47,481 nucleotides of DNA from an uncultured Gaiellales bacterium. GTDB lineage: Bacteria; Actinomycetota; Thermoleophilia; Gaiellales; JALYLC01. Below, one piece after another: positions 16,743 through 25,035 of the stretch. Where the stretch lies: contig CAZYYP010000002.1 in NCBI GenBank assembly GCA_964651695.1, positions 14,575-62,055 of the forward strand, written 5' to 3'. The notes under the pieces were generated by a model. It had not been told where the DNA came from. It saw nothing but the letters and a program-made list of their open reading frames with translations, and did not search any database. The number at the start of each line of letters is the position of its first letter. Position 1 is the stretch's first letter. Position numbers and translations under genes: made by a program.

Positions 16743-17306
16743 TCAGTACGGCCGCAGGGCGTCGCCCTGGGCGAAGCGGCGATTGCGCGCCAGGCGCACG
16801 AGCAGGAATGCCTCGGCGGAGGCCAGCAGGGTGAAGGCTCCGAGCACCCAGGACGGCCACGCGTCATAGCTCGGGAGCGCCTCGTCGCCGACCGACGAGA
16901 GGCGTGTGGGGAAGAGCCCGACGGTCGTCGCCGACTCGACGGCCGTCGCCGGCTTGTCGGTCGTCGTCGCCGGGGGCGTCGGGGGCTCGGTGCGGCCCCC
17001 TCCCAGGGTGACGGCCGGCTGCACGCGCCCGCCACTCGTGATGCGGGGCACGACCGGGGTCTTGGGCGTCTGCGTGACCGTGGTCGTGACCGTGTGCCGT
17101 GGCGTGACGGGCGTCTGGGTGACGGGCGTCTGCGTGACCGGGGTCTGCGTGACGGGCTGCTGCGGCGTGACGGGCGTCTGCGTCGGCTTCGGCAGGGGCG
17201 TGACGACCGCGGGCTTGGGCAGCGGCGCGGGGTCGGCCAGGGCCACCGCGGGCGTCAGGAGAGCTGCCGCGACACCCAGGGACGCACAGAGACGAGCACT
17301 TCGCAT
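16743..17306 (-). CDS. Secreted Pro/Thr-repeat protein with a C-terminal membrane anchor
   Basis: Signal peptide MRSARLCASLGVAAALLTPAVALADP, tandem PVTQT repeats, a C-terminal hydrophobic helix and a basic tail (WVLGAFTLLASAEAFLLVRLARNRRF). Confidence 0.65.
   Translation of the reverse strand: MRSARLCASLGVAAALLTPAVALADPAPLPKPAVVTPLPKPTQTPVTPQQPVTQTPVTQTPVTQTPVTPRHTVTTTVTQTPKTPVVPRITSGGRVQPAVTLGGGRTEPPTPPATTTDKPATAVESATTVGLFPTRLSSVGDEALPSYDAWPSWVLGAFTLLASAEAFLLVRLARNRRFAQGDALRPY
17104..17181. repeat. Tandem 15-nt coding repeat (about 5 units, GTGACGGGCGTCTGC-like)
   Basis: Units start at 17104, 17119, 17134, 17149 (18 nt) and 17167. They encode the (PVTQT)n tract of the 16743..17306 protein on the minus strand. 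Confidence 0.8.
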
Positions 17307-17668
17307 ACCGCCACCATACGAGAGCAGGCTCTGGCGTCAAGTCCTGGATGGAATTTGGACGATCTCCCCGAGCACGTTGCGGCTTCCGCGCGTGTCGCGC
17401 GCGACGACCTGAACGGTCGCGCGCCGCTCCCGTACGGTGCGCCCGATCGGCACGATCACTCCACGGGTGGAAGCTCGCTCAGCGGGGCGCTGAGGTGAAC
17501 TTCCGCCGGCTGCGAGGGCTGGGCGACGAGCTCCGTCCGGCGCCGCGAAGACGTTCGCACGGGACGGGCTAGCATTCGGGCTCGCCCGCCGACCTTGGAG
17601 GTGATGGGCTCATCGCGCAGCGCCGCCGATCGCCGACGTCCACGCATTGGGGCAACTACGACGTCGAG

Positions 17669-19930
17669 GTGGATGCCGGCCAGGTGGTCGCGCTGCACCC
17701 GGCTGCCGAGGACGCCGACCCATCGCCGATCGGCCCCGGCATGCCGCGCGCGCAGAACCACGAGGGCCGCATCCTGCGCCCCGCCGTGCGCCGGGGCTGG
17801 CTCGAGGGTGCGGGCGGCGCGGCACGCGGTCAGGACGCATTCGTCGAGGTCGGATGGGACGAGGCGCTCGATCTCGCCGCGCGCGAGCTCGCGCGCGTCA
17901 AGGCCGAGCACGGCAACGCGAGCATCTACGGCGGCTCCTACGGCTGGGGGAGCGCGGGCCGCTTCCACCACCCGCAGGGGTTGCTGCACCGCTTTCTCAA
18001 CCTCCACGGCGGCTACACCGCGTCGGTCAACAGCTACAGCTGCGCGGCGATGGAGGTCATCCTCCCGCACGTCATCGGCGGGCCGTCCGATGCCATCTAC
18101 TCGTCGGCTCCGCACTGGGACGAGATCGCCGCGCACACCGAGCTGATCGTGGCGTTCGGGGGCCTGGCGCTCAAGAACACCCAGATCAACTCCGGCGGAC
18201 TGGCGCGGCACGTCGCGCGCGGCGCGCAGGTGGCGGCGCGCGAGGCCGGCGTCGACTTCGTCAACCTCAGCCCGGTGCGCGGCGACATCGACGACCACCA
18301 GGGCGCGCGCTGGATCGCGCCGCGGCCCAACACCGACGTCGCGCTGATGATGGGGCTCGCGCACACGATGATCGCGTCCGGGACGCACGACGTGCGCTTC
18401 CTGCGCGAGTGCTGCACGGGCTGGGACGAGCTCGAGGCCTACCTCGTCGGTGCACTCGACGGCGTGCGGCGGGACGCGGCCTGGGCCGCCGGGATCTGCG
18501 ATGTCGAGCAGGCGGCGATCGAGTCTCTCGCTGCCGAGATGACGGCACGGCGCACGCTGGTCACCGTCAGCTGGTCGCTGCAGCGGGCCGATCACGGAGA
18601 GCAGCCGTTCTGGATGGGCGTCGCCCTGGCCGCCATGACCGGTTCGATGGGGCTGCCGGGCGGCGGCTTCGGGAGCGGCTATGGCGCGATCCACTCGGTC
18701 GGGGTGCAACCCGACCGCCATCGCGTCAAGGCCCTCCCGCAGGGTCAGAACCGCGTCACCGTGCGCACGCCCGTCGCGCGGATCGCCGACATGCTGCTCG
18801 CGCCGGGGACGGTCATCGACTACGACGGTCAGCGCATCACGCTTCCCGACATCCGCCTCGTCTACTGGTGTGGCGGCAATCCGTTCCACCACCACCAGGA
18901 TCTGAATCGGCTGGCCCGGGCGTGGCAGCAGCCCGAGACGGTGATCGTGCACGAGTCGAGGTGGAATCCGATCGCGCGCTTCGCCGACATCGTGTTTCCC
19001 GCCGCCACCGCACTCGAGCGCAACGACGTGGCGGCCGGCTGGGCCGATTCGTGGATCTCGGCGATGCACCAGGCGGTCGCGCCGCCGCCGGAGGTGCGCA
19101 CCGACTACGAGACGCTCTGCGCACTCGCCGCGCGGCTCGGCTTCCTGGACGGGTTCTCCGAGGGACGGAGCGGTGACGAGTGGGTGCGGTACTTCTACGC
19201 ATCGACCCGCGACGACCTCGGGCGTCTGGGCGTCGAGCTGCCGGAGTACGAGGAGTTCTGGGCCGCGGGGCGGATCGAGATGCCGACGCCGCCGCGGCGC
19301 CGGACGCTCGATTTCGCCGCCCTGCGCGCCGACCCCGTCGCCGCACCGCTGCCCACGCCCTCGGGCCGGATCGAGCTCGCCTCGCAGACGATCGCCGGGT
19401 TCGGGTACGACGACTGCCCGGGCCACCCGGCCTGGATGGAGCCTGCGGAGTGGCTCGGGTCGGATCTCGCACGCCGCTTCCCGCTCCATCTGATCTCGAA
19501 CCAGCCGTCCACGCGGCTCCACTCGCAGTACGACAACGGTGGCTTCAGCCAGGACTCCAAGGTCGACGGCCGCGAGCCCATGCGGTTGCATCCCGACGAC
19601 GCGCGCGCCCGCGGCATCGGCGACGGCGACGTCGTGCGGGTCTTCAACGATCGCGGCACCTGCCTCGCGGGTGCGGTGCTCGACCCGAACCTGCGCCGCT
19701 CGGTCGTCCAGCTCTCGACCGGCGCCTGGTGGGATCCCGTGGCTCCCGGCGACCCGGCGGCGCTCGACCGGCACGGCAACCCGAACGTGCTCACGCTCGA
19801 CAAGGGCACCTCGCGGCTCGCCCAGGGCCCGAGTGCGCAGACCGCGCTCGTCCAGGTCGAGCGCTTCGACGGCCCCGTGCCCGCGGTGCAGGCCTACGCG
19901 CCGCCCGAGCTGATCGCGCCCGCGCCGTGA
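17669..19930 (+). CDS. Molybdopterin oxidoreductase, BisC/TorZ-like (biotin sulfoxide / S- or N-oxide reductase type, cytoplasmic)
   Basis: 753-aa ORF resembling E. coli BisC from its N-terminus (FVEVGWDEALDL...ASIYGGSYGW...LHGGYT). Similarity continues upstream of the GTG (TSTHWGNYDVEV matches BisC AAHWGPMLVE). The true start is therefore upstream and is not reachable in frame (see findings). No Tat signal and no N-terminal Fe-S Cys motif. Confidence 0.9.
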   Translation: MDAGQVVALHPAAEDADPSPIGPGMPRAQNHEGRILRPAVRRGWLEGAGGAARGQDAFVEVGWDEALDLAARELARVKAEHGNASIYGGSYGWGSAGRFHHPQGLLHRFLNLHGGYTASVNSYSCAAMEVILPHVIGGPSDAIYSSAPHWDEIAAHTELIVAFGGLALKNTQINSGGLARHVARGAQVAAREAGVDFVNLSPVRGDIDDHQGARWIAPRPNTDVALMMGLAHTMIASGTHDVRFLRECCTGWDELEAYLVGALDGVRRDAAWAAGICDVEQAAIESLAAEMTARRTLVTVSWSLQRADHGEQPFWMGVALAAMTGSMGLPGGGFGSGYGAIHSVGVQPDRHRVKALPQGQNRVTVRTPVARIADMLLAPGTVIDYDGQRITLPDIRLVYWCGGNPFHHHQDLNRLARAWQQPETVIVHESRWNPIARFADIVFPAATALERNDVAAGWADSWISAMHQAVAPPPEVRTDYETLCALAARLGFLDGFSEGRSGDEWVRYFYASTRDDLGRLGVELPEYEEFWAAGRIEMPTPPRRRTLDFAALRADPVAAPLPTPSGRIELASQTIAGFGYDDCPGHPAWMEPAEWLGSDLARRFPLHLISNQPSTRLHSQYDNGGFSQDSKVDGREPMRLHPDDARARGIGDGDVVRVFNDRGTCLAGAVLDPNLRRSVVQLSTGAWWDPVAPGDPAALDRHGNPNVLTLDKGTSRLAQGPSAQTALVQVERFDGPVPAVQAYAPPELIAPAP

Positions 19931-21198
19931 GGATCGATCTTGCGTACGGGAGTGACGGCCTCACGGTCGAGTTGCCGGACGACCGCACGACCGTGGTCGA
20001 GCCGCTCCACCCGCCGGCGGCGCCCGACGGGCGCGCGGCGGTGCTCGACGCCCTCCGCCACCCGATCGCCGGACCGCCCCTGCGCGAGGTCGTGCGCGGC
20101 CGGCGCACGGTGGCGATCAGCATCTGCGACGGCACGCGGCCGCAGCCTCGTCACATCGTGGTGCCCGCGATCATCGACGAGCTCGCTGGGCTCGTGCGCC
20201 TCGAGGACATCGTCGTGCTCGTCGCCACCGGAACGCATCGCGGCAACACCGAGGCGGAGCTGCGCGCGATGCTCGGCGACGAGGTGCTCGCGGCCGTGCG
20301 CGTCGTCAACCACGACGCCCGCGACGAGTCGTCGCTGACCTGGATGGGGCGCTTCGGGGCCGATGTCCCCGTGTGGCTGAACAGCGAGTGGGCACGCGCC
20401 GACGTGCGCATCACGACGGGCTTCGTCGAGCCGCACTTCTTCGCGGGCTTCTCCGGCGGGCCGAAGCTGGTCGCGCCCGGTCTGGCGGGCCTCGAGACGA
20501 CGCTCACGTTGCACGATGCCGCGCGCATCGGCCATCCGGACGCGCGCTGGGGCATCACGCAGGGCAACCCCGTGCACGACGACGTCCGGGCGATCGCGGC
20601 CGCAACCGGCACGCACTTCTCCCTCGACGTCGTGCTCGACGGCGACCAGCGCATCGCGCGGGCCTTCGGCGGCGAGCTGTTCGCGATGCACGACGCGGCC
20701 TGCTCGCTCGTGCGGCAGACGGCGATGCGCGCCGTGCCGGGTGCCTTCGACGTCGTGCTGACGACGAACTCCGGCTTCCCGCTCGACCAGAACCTCTACC
20801 AGGCGGTCAAGGGGATGTCGGCGGCGGCACAGGTCGTGCGCCCGGGCGGGACGATCGTCTGTGCCGCGGAGTGCCGCGACGGCTTTCCCGCCCACGGCCC
20901 GTATCGCGCGGAGCTGACCGCCGCCGCGTCACCGGCGGCCTTGCTCGAGGCCATCGCCGCACGGACGCAGACGGTGGCCGACCAGTGGCAGATCCAGATC
21001 CAGGCGGGCATCCAGTCGCGCTCGCGCGTGATCGTCCACACCTCGTACCTGTCCGACGCCGAGCTCGCCGAGGCGCACCTCGAGCAGACGCCCGACGTCG
21101 AGGCCACCGTGCGGCATCTGCTCGAGGACGCGGGGCCCGATGCCCGCGTGTGCGTGTTGCCGTACGGGCCGCTGACGGTGCCGTACCTGGCCGGCTGA
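19927..21198 (+). CDS. larA: LarA-family nickel-pincer-cofactor-dependent 2-hydroxyacid racemase/epimerase homologue
   Basis: The GTG at 19927 overlaps the upstream stop (GTGA). 423 aa with motifs ATGTHRGNT and VEPHFFAGFSGGPK. The spacing His-66-His-10-Lys-16-His equals that of L. plantarum LarA His108/His174/Lys184/His200. Confidence 0.85.
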   Translation: MRIDLAYGSDGLTVELPDDRTTVVEPLHPPAAPDGRAAVLDALRHPIAGPPLREVVRGRRTVAISICDGTRPQPRHIVVPAIIDELAGLVRLEDIVVLVATGTHRGNTEAELRAMLGDEVLAAVRVVNHDARDESSLTWMGRFGADVPVWLNSEWARADVRITTGFVEPHFFAGFSGGPKLVAPGLAGLETTLTLHDAARIGHPDARWGITQGNPVHDDVRAIAAATGTHFSLDVVLDGDQRIARAFGGELFAMHDAACSLVRQTAMRAVPGAFDVVLTTNSGFPLDQNLYQAVKGMSAAAQVVRPGGTIVCAAECRDGFPAHGPYRAELTAAASPAALLEAIAARTQTVADQWQIQIQAGIQSRSRVIVHTSYLSDAELAEAHLEQTPDVEATVRHLLEDAGPDARVCVLPYGPLTVPYLAG

Positions 21199-21305
21199 GC
21201 AGCGGCGAATCACTCCGACGGGTGAGTTCGAAGACCGCGAGTTGCGGGGAGATCCTGCTGCACCGGACTCGACCGCTCCCCCTCGGGCGAATCGAGGATC
21301 CCGTA

Positions 21306-21333
21306 AAGGGGGCCCGCCCCGGCGGGCCCCCTT
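21306..21333. terminator. Bidirectional intrinsic-terminator-like hairpin between convergent genes
   Basis: Perfect 12-bp GC-rich stem AAGGGGGCCCGC / GCGGGCCCCCTT with a 4-nt loop. It lies 14 nt past the diguanylate cyclase stop and 107 nt past the larA stop. On the minus strand it is followed by TTTAC. Confidence 0.55.
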
Positions 21334-21347
21334 GGCGGGGCCCGGCT

Positions 21348-22403
21348 TCAGGCGGCGCGGATGTGAGGTCGCGGCGGGCGTGCGACGACGGTGCAGTTCT
21401 TGCCGGCCCGCTTGGCGGCGAGCAGGGATGCGTCGGCGGCGGCGATGAGCGGCTCGGCTGTCTGGGCGAGCCCACGGCTCGAGACCGCGCCGACGGATGC
21501 CGTGACGGCGATGTCGCCGGCCGCCGTCGCGAATGCGCGGCGGCCGACGCTCGCGCGGACGCGCTCGGCGATCGCGCGCATGCTCTCGTGCTTCCCCGCG
21601 CGGCAGAGGAGCAGGAACTCCTCGCCTCCCCAGCGTGCGACGACGTCGTCCGGTCGCACCGCCCGGTTCAGGCGCGCGACGGTGGCGATCAGCACCTCGT
21701 CGCCGACCAGGTGCCCATGGCGGTCGTTGATGTCCTTGAAGTCGTCGAGGTCGAGCAGCAGCACGCCGATCGAGTGCCCGCCGGTCGCGAGCAGCTCGTT
21801 GAGAACGCGATCGACGTGGCGCCGGTTGGCGGCGCCGGTGAGCGGATCGGTCATCGCGAGCTCGACCGCCAGGCTGTGCGCGGCGTCGAGCTTGGCGTTC
21901 GCCTCGGCCAGATCGGCGAGCGCGAAGCGCAGGTCGTCTTCGGCCGCGCGCTGCTTGGTGATGTCCGAGAGGATCCCCGCGAACCGCACGCTGCCGTCGC
22001 CGAGTTGCTCCGGCTTCACGCGCGCGCGGATCCACCGGATCCGGCCGTCGATCCCGTGCACGCGGTAGTCGACCTGCGCCGGGCGCCCGGCGAGCAACTC
22101 GCCCTCGCACGCCCGATACGCCGCCAGGTCGGCGGGATCGATCCGGTTCTGCCAGGCGTCGCTCACATCCTCCTGCAGGGCGGGCAGCTCCCCTCCGATC
22201 ATGCGCTCGAGATTCGGCCCGGAGAAGAGCGTGTCGAAGTGCCCGTCCGGCTGCAGCAACCCGAAGTAGAGGTGGTCGTCGAGCGCATCGACCGTCGCGG
22301 TCAGCCACCAGTGCCCGGCGTCCAGATCCGCGCGAGCCGCGTCCGCCCGGGAGACCGAGCCGGTCGTTCGAGCGCGCGCCGTGCGGGCCATCTCGGATTC
22401 CAT
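21348..22403 (-). CDS. PAS-domain diguanylate cyclase (GGDEF)
   Basis: ATG at 22401-22403 in ORF 21348..22508. PAS segment (YRVHGIDGRIRWI) followed by GGDEF (DPLTGAANRR, RWGGEEFLLL). Confidence 0.85.
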   Translation of the reverse strand: MESEMARTARARTTGSVSRADAARADLDAGHWWLTATVDALDDHLYFGLLQPDGHFDTLFSGPNLERMIGGELPALQEDVSDAWQNRIDPADLAAYRACEGELLAGRPAQVDYRVHGIDGRIRWIRARVKPEQLGDGSVRFAGILSDITKQRAAEDDLRFALADLAEANAKLDAAHSLAVELAMTDPLTGAANRRHVDRVLNELLATGGHSIGVLLLDLDDFKDINDRHGHLVGDEVLIATVARLNRAVRPDDVVARWGGEEFLLLCRAGKHESMRAIAERVRASVGRRAFATAAGDIAVTASVGAVSSRGLAQTAEPLIAAADASLLAAKRAGKNCTVVARPPRPHIRAA

Positions 22404-22449
22404 CGGCAGAACCCCGTGGGCCCGCGAGGGTGATCTCCACACCCCATCG

Positions 22450-23001
22450 CTACGAGGACGCGCCGGGAAGATCGCGGAACGCGTCGATGCCCGCGCGCCA
22501 CGCGGCATCGATGTCCGCGCCCGGCGGGAAGCGGTTCGTGAGCTCGAGCATGGTCATGCCATGCGCGAAGGCCCACGCGGCGCGCGCCCGGTCGCGATCC
22601 TCGCCGGCGGCGCGGAAGACGGGGAGGCCCGCACGCTCCTCGATACCCGGGGCGAGGAGGTCGCGACGCAGTTCCTGATCGGTCATGAGGCGGTAGAGGT
22701 GGGGGTGGGCGCGGGCGAATCGCCGGTAGACCGCCGCCAGGTCGGCGAGGGGATCCGGACTGCCCTGCACTGCCCGTTCGAACAGCTCGGCCTGTTCCTC
22801 GAACGCCGCGGAGATGATCGCCGCCTCGAGTGCCTGCTTGTCCGGGAAGTGCTTGTAGAGCGATGGCGCCCGGATGCCGAGGCGCTCGCCGATCCGCCGC
22901 ATCGTGAGACCCTCGCGCCCTTCCGCCTCGAGGATCTCACGTGCGGCGGCGACGATCTCGCGGGCACGCGGGGTGAGGGCGTCAGGAGCGCTGGAAGCCA
23001 T
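22450..23001 (-). CDS. TetR-family transcriptional regulator
   Basis: 183 aa with an N-terminal HTH, ILEAEGREGLTMRRIGERLGIRAPSLYKHFPDKQAL. Confidence 0.9.
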   Translation of the reverse strand: MASSAPDALTPRAREIVAAAREILEAEGREGLTMRRIGERLGIRAPSLYKHFPDKQALEAAIISAAFEEQAELFERAVQGSPDPLADLAAVYRRFARAHPHLYRLMTDQELRRDLLAPGIEERAGLPVFRAAGEDRDRARAAWAFAHGMTMLELTNRFPPGADIDAAWRAGIDAFRDLPGASS

Positions 23002-23368
23002 CGCGCGTCCGCATCCCGTAGCCGATGGTGCGATCCCACGAGATGTGCAGGGCCCATGCGAGTGCGCCGGCGAGCCAGGCGGCAGGCAGGCCGACCGAGA
23101 TCACTGCCAGCAGTGCAGGGCCCCAGAAGCTGTGCGTCGCGTTGTAGAGCCGGACCGCGCGCGGATGCAGCCGGCCCTTCTCGAGACCGGTGCCGATTCC
23201 GGCCACGAGAGCGATATCCGGCGCGATCAGGAATGCGGCGAAGAGCCACCATCCGGTGCCGCGGCTCAGGATCTCCGCAATCGCCGCTGCCAGGAGCAGC
23301 GCGGTCAGCGCGGCGAACGCGCCGCGCCGGACGTGGGCGTGGGACGGGCGGGGGTGGGCGATATGCAT
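22982..23368 (-). CDS. DUF4260-like small integral membrane protein
   Basis: 128 aa with 3-4 TM helices and a C-terminal HISWDRTIGYGMR motif typical of this family. It overlaps the TetR start by 20 nt. Confidence 0.65.
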   Translation of the reverse strand: MHIAHPRPSHAHVRRGAFAALTALLLAAAIAEILSRGTGWWLFAAFLIAPDIALVAGIGTGLEKGRLHPRAVRLYNATHSFWGPALLAVISVGLPAAWLAGALAWALHISWDRTIGYGMRTRDGFQRS

Positions 23369-23456
23369 GGCAGGTGCTCCTTGCTCGTGGCTAACGGCGT
23401 AAGCCGAGCATAGCTAACGTTGTTAGCCGTGTCAAGGATCCTGCTCCTGCCGCCTG

Positions 23457-23756
23457 TCAGAGGCGGTAGCCACCAACGCGCTGCGACGACCGCGTGACCT
23501 GCGGCGGATCGTCGCAGCGGTCGGCGATGTCGCGCTGAAAGCGCTGGAATGCCGGCATCCGCGGAAGCGGTGCGTCCTGGCCGTCCTCCGTAAACGCGAT
23601 GTGCACGAACGTCACGCCGTCGTCCAGAACGAACGTCGCGTAGCGGAAGCCGGGCGGCTCGGCGTGCGCGAGCTCTGCGTAGACCTCACGCACGAGCGCG
23701 GCGTTCTCCTCGGCACGGCCGGGCTTCACGCGGTAGCGCACGATGATCGCACCCAT
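23457..23756 (-). CDS. ABM (antibiotic-biosynthesis-monooxygenase-like / ferredoxin-fold) small protein
   Basis: ATG at 23754-23756 with GGAG upstream. 99 aa: MGAIIVRYRVKPGRAEENAALVREVYAEL...VTFVHIAFTEDGQ. The rest of ORF 23457..24251 is Arg-rich junk. Confidence 0.55.
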   Translation of the reverse strand: MGAIIVRYRVKPGRAEENAALVREVYAELAHAEPPGFRYATFVLDDGVTFVHIAFTEDGQDAPLPRMPAFQRFQRDIADRCDDPPQVTRSSQRVGGYRL

Positions 23757-23818
23757 GTCCAACTCCGATCGATTGGTGTCCTGAGCGTAGAGACGGGCTG
23801 CGGTCCGGCAATTCGTCG

Positions 23819-24790
23819 ATGAATTCGCGTTCTCGGCCCCGTCCAAGCACCATGGCGTCGATGACGGAGGCAATCCGCCACGAAGGCGGCCTCGTCGCAG
23901 CCGCCTGCGCCGGGGACGAGCGGGCGTTCGGCGAACTGGTCGAGCCGTATCGCCGCGCGCTCGAAGTGCACTGCTACCGGATGCTCGGCTCGCTCCACGA
24001 CGCCGAAGACGCGGTGCAGGAGACGAGCCTGAAGGCCTGGCGCTCCCTCGACCGCTTCGAGAGCCGCGCCTCCGTGCAGACCTGGCTCTACCGGATCGCG
24101 ACGAACACGTGCCTCGACGAGCTCGAGCGGCGGCAGCGGCGCGCCGAGCCGGTGATCGATCCCTACCCCGACGCCCGCCTTCAGGAGTCCGGCTCCGCGG
24201 TCGTCGACCCGGCTGCGCGCTACGCGCAGCGCGAGGGCATCGAGCTGGCATTCCTGACCTCCATCCAGCGGCTTCCGGGCCGCCAGCGCGTCGTCCTCAT
24301 CCTCCGGGACGTCCTCGGCTGGAGTGCGGCCGAGACGGCCGAGTTGCTTGGTTCGAGCGCTTCGGCGGTGCACAGCGCGTTGCAGCGGGCGCGCGCCACG
24401 GTCGACCGGCAGCTCCCGGCGCGCTCTGAGTTCCCCCGCCGGGCGAGCGAGAGGGATCTGCTGCGGCGCTACGTCGATGCATGGGAGCGCAGCGACATCG
24501 ACGGCCTCGTCGCCCTCATGCGTGAAGACGCGGCGCTCCTGATGCCCCCGCAGCCCTCGGTGGAGGGCGCCGGCGCGGTTGCCGCGTTCTTCGCTCACGC
24601 ACGCAGCGCCTGGCGACTGACGGCCCGTCCGGCGTGGGCCAACGGCCAACCGGCGATCGCGCTCGCCGAGCGCACGTGCGACGGCGAGCTGCGTCCGCAT
24701 CGCCTGCTCCTGCTCGAGATCGAGGGCGACTCGGTGATCCGTCTTCACGCCTACGGCGGCGCACATGTCCTCGCGGCCTTCGGGCTCTAG
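23819..24790 (+). CDS. ECF-type sigma-70 factor with a C-terminal SnoaL/NTF2-like extension (ECF41/SigJ-like)
   Basis: Region 2 (YRMLGSLHDAEDAVQETSLKAWRSL, WLYRIATNTCLD) and region 4 (LPGRQRVVLILRDVLGWSAAETAELLGSSASAVHSALQRAR), followed by a ~120-aa extension. The start could be 23819, 23852 or 23861. Confidence 0.85.
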   Translation: MNSRSRPRPSTMASMTEAIRHEGGLVAAACAGDERAFGELVEPYRRALEVHCYRMLGSLHDAEDAVQETSLKAWRSLDRFESRASVQTWLYRIATNTCLDELERRQRRAEPVIDPYPDARLQESGSAVVDPAARYAQREGIELAFLTSIQRLPGRQRVVLILRDVLGWSAAETAELLGSSASAVHSALQRARATVDRQLPARSEFPRRASERDLLRRYVDAWERSDIDGLVALMREDAALLMPPQPSVEGAGAVAAFFAHARSAWRLTARPAWANGQPAIALAERTCDGELRPHRLLLLEIEGDSVIRLHAYGGAHVLAAFGL

Positions 24791-24889
24791 CGTGTGATGC
24801 CCCTGACCGCCGGGCCGGAGACGCGGCCGGAAGGCGCTGGAAATCGGCACAGTCTCGGCGCACGTTCCGGGTTGCGCGGGCCGTATTAT

Positions 24890-24905
24890 GCGAACGTATG
24901 TTCGC
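24890..24905. promoter_or_regulatory. LexA (SOS) box, GAAC-N4-GTTC type, abutting a TATTAT -10-like hexamer (24884-24889)
   Basis: GCGAACGTATGTTCGC is a perfect 16-nt palindrome. It matches the Gram-positive/actinobacterial LexA consensus cGAAC-N4-GTTCg. It is the only such site I found in the window. Confidence 0.55.
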
Positions 24906-25035
24906 CACACTGGATGGGACGGTAGTGCGGGACGAAGCCGCGCGCCACAGACCAGCGCCGGATTGCCGGGGTCGTTCCCTGCGGACGCAGGCAGCGAACG
25001 ATCACGCAGTCTCGAACATTCTCAGAACGAACGAT

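Noticed and set aside
14648-17035. 795-aa minus-strand ORF. I treated the other long Arg/Pro-rich ORFs the same way: 3476-5338, 17456-19774, 20373-22433, 30991-32691, 36121-38013, 36278-38059, 43479-45947 and 44647-46392.
   Set aside because: They have low-complexity RRRPG-type composition and no recognisable motifs. Each overlaps, in another frame or on the opposite strand, genes with clear family signatures (DJ-1, chrA, BisC-like, LarA, protease, amine oxidase, GDE, ABC permease).
17104-17181. Regularly spaced 15-nt direct repeats that could resemble a mini CRISPR or satellite
   Set aside because: The units are contiguous with no spacers. They are in frame and encode the PVTQT repeat of a secreted protein. 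No cas genes are present.
17400-17603. Possible molybdenum-cofactor (Moco) riboswitch or other structured leader upstream of the molybdoenzyme
   Set aside because: Nested stems exist (CCGTCC...GGGACGG enclosing GCGAA-GACG-TTCGC). I cannot match the conserved Moco-motif core from memory, and the start codon itself is unresolved. An Infernal/Rfam scan is needed before any call.
23757-23818. Search for an ECF41-type autoregulatory promoter (TGTCACA-N16-CGTC) between the sigma-factor gene and the divergent ABM gene
   Set aside because: Only a weak resemblance is present (TGTCCTG ... CGGTC) with imperfect spacing. This is not enough to annotate.
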